A stretch of 64,000 bases of DNA from an uncultured Chloroflexia bacterium (GTDB lineage: Bacteria; Chloroflexota; Anaerolineae; Caldilineales; Caldilineaceae). The DNA lies in assembly GCA_963701415.1 (NCBI GenBank), contig CAVPAH010000002.1, positions 157,085 through 221,084 on the forward strand, given 5' to 3'. A program made the translations under genes and the position numbers. Shown here in pieces: positions 53,784 through 64,000 of this stretch. Positions within the stretch are counted from its first letter, which is position 1. Each line of letters starts with the position of its first letter. The notes below the pieces were generated by a model. It was not told where the DNA came from. It worked only from the letters and a program-made list of their open reading frames with translations, and did not search any database.

Positions 53784-54611
53784 CTACGCCGTCTTGGTCG
53801 CCAGCACGTCCAGGTATTCCGACGTCAGCCGCGTCTCTCCGTTAGCGACCTGGTTGTGCGCCGACCAGTGCGCCGTCAGCTCCTCCTCCAGTGCGGCCTG
53901 GCCGGCGGCATCCAGCGAGCCGAAGGCCTTGTAGGTCGGCCCATAGTAGGTGCGGAAGCATTCCACGACCGCTGCCGGAGGGAAGGGGAAGTAGAAGTTG
54001 ATCACACGCCGGGTGAACTCCAGGTCGACCGCGCTGCCGTTGAAGCGCTCACGCACGATCCCCTCATCCCCCCACAGCAGCGGCGACGGCATGCCGGGTG
54101 CCGGCGGCACATACTTGCCCACGATCTTGAACATCTGGCCGATGAAGCCGCTCGGCGTCCAGTTGGCCATGGCAATCCTCCCGCCCGGGCGGGCGGTGCG
54201 GACCATTTCGGACGTGACGACTGTGGGCTGCGGGGTGAACATGGCGCCAAACATGCTGATGACGGCATCAAACGTGGCATCGGCATACGGCAGATCTTCG
54301 GCGTCGTTCTCGTCAAAGCGGATCGTCAGCCGTTCCTTCTTGGCCCAGGCGCGCGCCTGCTCGAGCAGGTTAGGGGCGATGTCCTGGCCGACCACTGTGG
54401 CGCCGGTCTTGGCGGCCGGGATGGCCAGGTTGCCGGTGCCGCACGCCACGTCGAGCACCCGCTCGCCGGGCCCGAAGCCGAGGCGGGCGACAAACTCCGC
54501 CGCGCTGGGTGCGTAAGACTTAGCGATCTGGCCGAAGTCGCCCGCCGTCCAGGTTGACTTGATCTTTGCCTTGAGGGCGTCCATCTCAGTGATCAAAACT
54601 GCAGTTTCCAT
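53784..54611 (-). CDS. Class I SAM-dependent methyltransferase
   Basis: AAGGAGAA RBS; start METAVLITEM at 54611. Motif I VLDVACGTGNLAIPAA, then DAVISMFG and RPGGRIAMANW. Confidence 0.85.
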   Translation of the reverse strand: METAVLITEMDALKAKIKSTWTAGDFGQIAKSYAPSAAEFVARLGFGPGERVLDVACGTGNLAIPAAKTGATVVGQDIAPNLLEQARAWAKKERLTIRFDENDAEDLPYADATFDAVISMFGAMFTPQPTVVTSEMVRTARPGGRIAMANWTPSGFIGQMFKIVGKYVPPAPGMPSPLLWGDEGIVRERFNGSAVDLEFTRRVINFYFPFPPAAVVECFRTYYGPTYKAFGSLDAAGQAALEEELTAHWSAHNQVANGETRLTSEYLDVLATKTA

Positions 54612-54641
54612 TGCATTTCTCCTTAGTTGATAGGTTTGGTT

Positions 54642-54696
54642 GGGACACTTCCCGGAGGGACGCCGACCTTGGTCGGTTACTTCCTGATGGTGTCCC
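54642..54696. repeat. REP-like extragenic palindrome, copy D
   Basis: GGGACAC-TTCCCGGAGGGAC-GCCGACC-TT-GGTCGG-TTACTTCCTGATG-GTGTCCC, between the phosphatase stop and the methyltransferase start. Confidence 0.65.
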
Positions 54697-54784
54697 GGCT
54701 GCATACCACAACTTTAAAGGGAAATGGGGCGGGCGGCGTCTAGCGAAGGTTTATTTTGGGGGTTTACTTGTGGGCGCGGCGGGT

Positions 54785-55527
54785 TTACCGACCCGGGACA
54801 AGGCGTTGGCGGATCTGAAGGATTTGCTCCGCCGAGAGGCCGGCCTGCACCAGGTAGGCATGGGCGCCGCCGTAGTGCACGGCCAGGTAGTCCAGGAAGA
54901 TATGCATGGCGGCGGGTTCGGCCAGCGGCCTGGTCCAGAGGGTTTCTGGTTCTTTGACCAGGCCCTGCTGGAGGCGCTGCTCGTACTCGGGCCACAGGCG
55001 CGCCTGGCTCAGGGCGTAGTCGGCGGCAATCGCGTCGTTGGGCACGCCGGCAACGGACAGCAGCAGCGCGGCGATTACGCCGGTGCGGTCCTTGCCGCTC
55101 AGGCAGTGAACGAGCACTCCGCCGGGCGGCGCCACGGCCACGGCCCCGAGGATAGCCGCAACGCAGTCGGGATAGGCATCGACCATGATGCAGTAGGTCT
55201 CGACCAACGATGTGGCCTGTCGGATGAGGGTGCCAACGTGGGGGTAGTACTTCTCGATCGGCAGATGGAGCCGCCGGCAGTCACTTGTCTCCGCCCATTG
55301 ATAGCATTCGGCGGCGGCTTCTTGGGGCGACCTGATGTCGATGAGGGTACGCACGCCGTAGTCGAGCATTGCCTCCAGGCCGGCGGGGGATAGAGTGCCA
55401 GGATAATCGGCGCGAATGACGGACTGCCAGCAGGTTTCGCCGCCGTCCAGGGTGGGCAGCCCGCCTAGATCCCGAGCATTGAAGCAGCCTTCCCACTCCA
55501 GGTGGCGAGGCGGGGCATCGTTAGCCA

Positions 55528-55528
<1 letters not shown>
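54785..55528 (-). CDS. Protein-tyrosine phosphatase (Y_phosphatase3-type, CX5R)
   Basis: Begins MANDAPPRHLEWEGCFNARDLGG. Catalytic loop VHCLSGKDRTG. In the ORF track it appears fused to the GH43 gene (ORF 54785-56482) only because of an upstream frame break. ATG 55526-55528 overlaps the restored GH43 stop as TAATG. Confidence 0.8.
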
Positions 55529-58542
<3,014 letters not shown>

Positions 58543-58694
58543 GATCGTTCTCATTCCTGGCGCGTGCAAATGGTGTGTGGAGCAGCGGTGCAGCTGCGCG
58601 GAAGCGCAGGACATTATTATACTTTACCCGTACGCTGACGGGCACCTCTGCCTCCTGGGCAGAAGTTGCAGAGCTCTACGGGCGCCTCACTGGT

Positions 58695-59876
58695 TCAAGT
58701 CAGGTCAGCCCTTCCCTTGACCCTTGCCCTTGCCATTTCCGTCGCCGTTACCTGCCGATTACCCTTGCCGTTACCCTTGTCGTTATCCTTACCCTTGTCA
58801 TTGCCCTTGCCGTTATTCTTGCCGTTGTCGTCACCACCGGCGCCGTCGGCGCCCGGCTGATCCGCCTGCAGGCGAGCGATTACACTGTCGGCGGAGACGG
58901 TGAGGAAAGTGGCGGCGTCAGCGGCGATCTTCTTGCCGCGCTGGGCTGCCACTTCGTGCTGAAAGGCGCGGAGCATGTTGGAGGCGGGGGTAGCGTGGCC
59001 TTTGTCAACCTGCTTTTGCGCGTTGTTGAGCTTCTGGACCAGGCTATTGACGAGCTCGGGCGCGAGGTCGCCAGGGGGCATGCTGCGGATTGCGGCGATC
59101 AGTGCGGCGATAGTGGAGACAGGGTCGGAATAGGCATCATGGTCCACCGTTGGTGCGACCGTTTGCGCGACCGTAGCCGTGGATGCCACCGTAGCACTTG
59201 GCTGCGCGGTTGGAATGGGCGTGGCAGGGGTGGTGACAGGCGGGGCGGACGCAGTTGTCACTGTGGGAAGGGGCGTGGCGGTAGGAACCGGTGTGACGGT
59301 AGGGGCCGGGGTGGCAGCAAGTGCGCCGGAGGTAAAGGGTATGGTGGTCGTGACAGTCGGGCTGACAGCCGGCGCAGCCGTCGGTGTTGACGTGGGCGGC
59401 ATTACGCCGGCGGGCGGCGCGACGGTAAAGGGTGCCGTTGTCTCGACCTTGCCATTTTCGGTGTGGGCGATGACAGCCGCCGATCCGGGGTGCAACCAGC
59501 GTTCGCCGACGGGATAGACGAAGCCGGTGGTGAATTGGCCTTTCGCATCGGTGGCGACGGCAGCCAGGACAGGGCTGCGGCCCTGGGCGTCGGCCAGCTT
59601 GACAAGCACCATGGCAGACGGCGGCCAGCCGGTGCCGGTCACGCTCACGAATGTGCCGGCATACCCGGCGGCAGGTGCAAGTGCGATCGCAGCTGTGCGC
59701 GGCGCGCCGGTATCTGCCGCGCCTGTATCGTTTGTGCCCGATGCGCCGGAGGCAGCCGTGCTAACCTCGGCGACGCCGGTTGTACCGCCTGCAGCGGATG
59801 GGGCCGCTCCCTGGGCGCGCTGCGCGCAGCCGGCCAGGACGAAGATCGCGAACAGCAGAAGAATTCCCTTGAACAT
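58695..59876 (-). CDS. Lipoprotein with a Thr/Pro-rich linker, a FIMAH-like helical domain and a (Lys/Asn/Asp)-Gly repeat tail
   Basis: GAAGGGA RBS. MFKGILLLFAIFVLAGC is a lipobox. The linker is TPAPTVTPVPTATPLPTVTT.... LVNSLVQKLNNAQKQVDKGHATPASNMLRAFQHEVAAQRGKKIAADAA resembles FIMAH. The tail is DDNGKNNGKGNDKGKDNDKGNGKGN. The last 20 codons are probably out of frame (see findings). Confidence 0.8.
   Translation of the reverse strand: MFKGILLLFAIFVLAGCAQRAQGAAPSAAGGTTGVAEVSTAASGASGTNDTGAADTGAPRTAAIALAPAAGYAGTFVSVTGTGWPPSAMVLVKLADAQGRSPVLAAVATDAKGQFTTGFVYPVGERWLHPGSAAVIAHTENGKVETTAPFTVAPPAGVMPPTSTPTAAPAVSPTVTTTIPFTSGALAATPAPTVTPVPTATPLPTVTTASAPPVTTPATPIPTAQPSATVASTATVAQTVAPTVDHDAYSDPVSTIAALIAAIRSMPPGDLAPELVNSLVQKLNNAQKQVDKGHATPASNMLRAFQHEVAAQRGKKIAADAATFLTVSADSVIARLQADQPGADGAGGDDNGKNNGKGNDKGKDNDKGNGKGNRQVTATEMARARVKGRADLT
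58705..58834 (-). repeat. Hexanucleotide (GGYAAS-type) coding microsatellite-like tract
   Basis: Minus strand reads GACGACAACGGCAAGAATAACGGCAAGGGCAATGACAAGGGTAAGGATAACGACAAGGGTAACGGCAAGGGTAAT...GGAAATGGCAAGGGCAAGGGTCAAGGGAAGGGC. The repeat continues past 58757 in a different reading frame from the ORF. Confidence 0.75.
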
Positions 59877-59890
59877 AACACTATTTCCCT

Positions 59891-62300
59891 TCAAGGCGCA
59901 CTCGCTGCGGCCTGATCTACAAATATCCTTTGGTCGCCCTGGCTCATACCAGGAAGGAGGGCGGCGGCACGCTGGTCGATGCCCTTGCAGCCGCCGAGGT
60001 ACAGCGGCACGGCATTGTCGCGACTCCAAGCCAGCACCGCAGCTTGTTCTTGCTGTAGTTGGACTTCGTTCGGCGAGCGCGCAGGCGGGCCAGCAGGCAG
60101 CATGAGCAGCGACTGGGTTGGGCCGGCGGCACCGGCTGGGCCGCCACAGTAGCCGATTGGCTGGCGCTGGCCGCCCGTCTCTACATAGACGCCGGCAAAG
60201 GCGCCGTTGGCGACGCTGTCATGCAGCGGCTCGCCGCCCGTTTGCTGCAGCCAGGACTGCGTGAAGTATTCGCCACCGCCACGGCAGGCGAGGCTGGGTG
60301 GGCACTGGTCGATCTGCTGGACGCCGGCAGGCGGCGCAAACTGCCAGGCCGCGGGATCGGCGGACGAGTCGGCGGGGGCGTCGAGCACGGCAAGAAGGGC
60401 AGGGTCCGCCAGCACGGCTTCCATGAACGCGTGCCAGATGGGGGCAGCGCCGCTGATGCCGGTGGCGCCGCGCATGGCGTGGCCGTCGCTGTTGCCCGTC
60501 CAGACGCCGGCCACAAGGAAGCGGGTATAGCCGACCGTCCAGTTGTCGCGCAAGTCGTTGGTCGTGCCGGTTTTGACGGCGGCGGGCCGGCTCAGCACGA
60601 GTGGGCTCTCGGCACCAAACATGGGGGTGCGGGCGGCGTTGTCGCCTAGGATGTCGGTGACCAGGAAGGCGGCGGCGGGCGAAACGACAGGCGTGCCTCC
60701 TTGGGCGCCGCCTGGGACAATATCGGGTGCGGCAGCCTGGCCCTGACCGTCAACCAGGGTGCGCACGGGCTGGGCGGGCAGGTAGCGGCCACCGTTGGCA
60801 AGGGTATGGTAGGCCGTAGTGAGGTCAAGCAGGGTTACCTCGCTGCCGCCGAGCGCCAGGCTCAGCCCGTACCAGGCGTTGTCCTGATCCAGCGTCGTGA
60901 TGCCGAAGCGGCGCAGGCGGTCCACCATCGGCGCAACGCCATAGGCGGCGAGCAGCTTGACGGCGGGAATGTTGTAGCTGTTGGCGAGGGCTGTGCGCAC
61001 GGTCACCGGGCCGTGGAAGCGGTCGTCATAGTTGTGCGGCCGGTAGACATCCCCGTTGGGTTGAGGATATTCCACCGGCAGGTCCCAGAGCACGGTGGCG
61101 GGGCTGACCAGGTTGTCGTCGAGCGCGGCGGCGTAGAGCAGCGGCTTGAGGGCGCTGCCCGGCTGGCGGCGGCTGGTGGCGACGTTAACCTGACCGGCGA
61201 TGGCGTCGTTGTGGAAATCGGCGCTGCCGACCATGGCGAGAATCTCGGCGGTGCCGGGCTTGAGGGCGATGAGGGCGGCATTGTTGAGATCAAATTCAGG
61301 TTGGAGACGCGCGACCTGCTCTGCCACGATCTGTTGGGCGCGATCCTGGAGGTTGAGGTCCAGCGTGGTGACGATACGCAGCCCGGCGCGGCGCACATAG
61401 TCCTCCCCGAGGCGGGCGCCCAGGGTGTCAAGGACGTACTGCGCAAAATGAGGCGCGCGGTTAACCGGATCGCCGGCTGCCGCTGCGGTATTCAACACCA
61501 AGGGCGTCGCGTACGCGGCGTCGGCCTGCTCTGCGGTCAGGTAGCCGTGGCGCACCATCAGGTCGAGCACGACGCGCTGGCGCTGCCTGGCGCCCTCCAG
61601 GTTGGTGAAGGGGTCCAGGTCGGCCGGGCGCTGCGGAATGCCGGCCAGCAGGGCGGCCTCAGGCAGCGTGAGATCGGCGGCGGATTTGCCAAAGTAGACC
61701 TGCGCGGCAGCCTCGGGGCCGTAGGTAAAACTGCCATAGTTGAGCAGGTTGAGATACATCTCGAGGATCTCGTCCTTGGTGTAGAGGCCGGTCAGTTCCT
61801 GGGCGATGCCGGCCTCCAGGATCTTGCGGTCGAACGACTGGTCGTAGCGCTGGTCAGGACCCAGAAAGAGGTTGCGGGCGAGCTGCATCGTGATGGTGCT
61901 GGCGCCGGAGACCACGCCCTGGGCGCCTGTATTTTGCAGGACGGCCCCGGCGATGCGGCGGAAGTCGATGCCGCCGTTGTTGTAGAACGAGGCGTCCTCG
62001 GTGGCGATGGTGGCGTGGACGAGGTCGGGAGAGACGGCGGACAGGCTCACCCAGGTGCGCCGGCCCTCGGGAAAGACCTCGGCCAGCAGCGTACCGTTGC
62101 GGTCATAGAGATAGGTGGTCTGGAACAGGCGTGGGAGCGGGCCGGGCTGGTATTTCTGTAGGTAGGCCTCGACCACAGTGGCGGGATTTGTCGGCCGGAC
62201 GCGGGCCGATCTGGTTGGCGGGCAGGCAGCTGGTTGTGAGGATGGCGAGGACGAGTAGGGCGCAAATGCGCAGGTAGAGGAATGTTCTTTTGGTCGACAT
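59891..62300 (-). pseudogene. Class A penicillin-binding protein (GT51 transglycosylase plus transpeptidase, PBP1A type), one +1 frame break near 62190
   Basis: N-terminal membrane anchor MSTKRTFLYLRICALLVLAILTTSC (ORF 62103-62300) joins ORF 59891-62176 at ...PADKS|ATVVEAYLQKYQ. GT51 motifs ATEDASFYNNGGID and GASTITMQLARN. Transpeptidase motifs SALKP, SYN and KTGTTN. Confidence 0.9.
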
Positions 62301-62510
62301 TAACTACGGCTCAACGAGGATCCAACAAGCAAAACAAGCTACGGGCAGCAGGCAATAGCTGCCTTAAACGAACGAAGGCTAGTCGGGAAATGTTTCGCTT
62401 GCCGCTGTGCCGGGATATACAAGCGAGGCTGAGTCAATCCAGGGATGTCGCTCGCAGAACTGGATCTGCTGCGGCAGGCTCGCCCATTGATCCTCCGCCT
62501 TCTGGGAACG

Positions 62511-64000
62511 TCATTTAGTAAAGACACTGGCACTGTTGACAGGCGTTAAGAAGGGAGCGAAAGCAGCAGCACGATCAAGTAGCTCCCCGCGGGTAACTGT
62601 CTCCGTGTAACGAACGTCTCCCAACCCAGCGCGCACGGCGGCCAGGGCGGCGTCAACCTGGGTGCGAAGTGAGGGGATCAGCTCGTAGCCAAGACCACGG
62701 CGCAGGTGCGCCTCCAAGCCAAAGATCAGCGCAGCACGGGTGTACTGCTGCTGCGCAGCGGACAGGCGAGCGGCGACCAGAAGACGCTCCAGCTGGAACA
62801 GGGTGATTGATTCAACATCCGGGTCATGGGCCAGGCTCTGCGCCAGCCATTGACCGGCGTGGTCGTAGTCCGCTTGCCACAGCGCCGTCTCGGCCAGATA
62901 AGCACAGGTATGGGCCAGGAAAAACTTGTTTTTCAGCTCGGAGGCGAGGTGCAGGTTCTCATCCAGCAGCCGGCGTGCTTTCTCGATGTCGCCACCATAC
63001 AAGATCGTCAAAGCAAGGAGGGACTGCCACCGGCACCGCATGACAGGGAAGTCGTTTGCTGTGGCAAGGGCCATCACTTCCTGCAGGTACAGATGTGCCT
63101 GTGCCAGATTGCCCTGCAAAAACGCGCTGCGTCCCAGATAGCCCAGGCAGTCGGCCATGCCATTGTGATCGCCGCGTGCCCGGAAAAGATTCAGCCCTTC
63201 CAGCGCAGACGGCTCGGCCTGCGCAAAATTTCCCTGTTCGATCAGATGGGCGGCATATTCCCCGAGTATGCTGCCAAGCGCAAAGTCGCGTGTCGGCCAT
63301 GGCGCTAAATTCGGCGCCCAGACTAGGTGACGCATTGGCGATGCGTGCTACGACCACCGCCTGTGCCAGCCTATCTGTAGCCTGCGAGATGTCAACGGTA
63401 TGGAGGGCGAGAAAGAACCAGGCGGCGGCCTTTAAGGACGGCTGCGAGTTGGTCTCAATCAGCCGCAGCAGTTCGCCCCTGGTATGCTCCATGAGTTGAG
63501 ACTCTTCGGTTCTCATACGCGAAAGAGTAATAACAGATCAAGCTTGCCAGGTGTAGGTCAGGTGGCAAACGATACAGGTGCGGCAGGAGACGTGTGAACC
63601 AGCGGGCGCCTTCATAGCGATGGCCGCTGAGAAACCAGAAGTAGTGGACAGCAACCATTAACCAGGCAGCGTCCTCATAGCGCTCTTCGTCGAGCGTCCA
63701 CTGCAGGCTGGCCCGCAGGTTGTCCTGCTCCGGCAAGAAACGTGCTATCCAGGCACCTGCGTCCGGGCGACGCAAGCGGCTGTCGGCACGGCGGAGGAGT
63801 TGCAGATAGGCAGCATAGTGACGCTGGCGCAGCAGAGAGGCAGCGCCGCTAGCGGCCAGTTTCCCGGCCGCATATTGGCGAACCAGTTCATGAAAATCGA
63901 ACCGACCGCTGCCGGCGGCACGTACCAGGGACTTGTCCACCAGCCCGAGCAGGAGGCCGAGGGTCGCGCCGGTCACGGCGGCAGCTTCTTCCGGCATCCA
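62511..64000 (-). pseudogene. C-terminal part of another STAND-type regulator (winged-helix/TPR region; N-terminus outside the window), two +1 frame breaks
   Basis: ORFs 63455-63997, 62959-63516 and 62511-63335 (frames 1>0>2) join up. LLGLVDKSLVRAAGSGRFDFHELVRQYA is the typical post-NB-ARC winged helix. It is followed by TPR-like helices (GNFAQAEPSALEGLNLFRARGDHNGMADCLGYLGRSAFLQGNLAQAHLYLQE). Confidence 0.7.

Noticed and set aside
59150-59400. Thr/Pro/Ala/Val-rich segment of the FIMAH-like lipoprotein as a DNA repeat element
   Set aside because: It is low-complexity coding sequence (a linker) with no clear periodic unit at the nucleotide level.

Overview
High-GC (about 65% by eye) bacterial chromosomal segment holding roughly 45 genes on both strands. 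I found no rRNA, tRNA, CRISPR array, transposase or integrase.

Gene content:
- Housekeeping genes: the 3' part of groEL, mutS, a class A PBP, ribokinase, two nucleoside phosphorylases, pterin dehydratase and a HyuB-type enzyme.
- Accessory genes: two MFS transporters, a P450, GH43, GH32 and beta-helix glycosidase-like enzymes, APH-family kinase, DinB/ClbS-fold proteins and a C69 peptidase.
- Four very large secreted proteins: a repeat adhesin, an S1 protease, a metzincin, and a protease of about 1600 aa with MA-clan, VWA and Ig-like domains.
- Three STAND-type (P-loop plus TPR) regulators with different DNA-binding heads.
- The secreted-protein content and STAND regulators resemble a filamentous Chloroflexota-like or actinobacterial genome. 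That is inference only.

Observations I consider most worth follow-up:
1. A Y-L-P-x-V motif recurs at the extreme C-terminus of the four giant secreted proteins. It may be an uncharacterised sorting or processing tag.
2. A lower-GC islet at about 36.0-38.4 kb carries an EAD1-domain-fused FGE-sulfatase (FGS) effector gene, an EAD-like orphan fragment in frame behind a TAG stop, a long palindrome, and a small excisionase-type HTH gene. These are conflict-system-type components with no partner NTPase in view.
3. A family of REP-like extragenic palindromes shares the core GCCGACC-N2-3-GGTCGG.
4. More than 30 reading-frame breaks are almost all +1 single-nucleotide insertions and are clustered in certain genes. 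This points to assembly or consensus error rather than natural gene decay, and it affects every gene model here.

I did not recognise a complete, well-defined novel multi-gene system.
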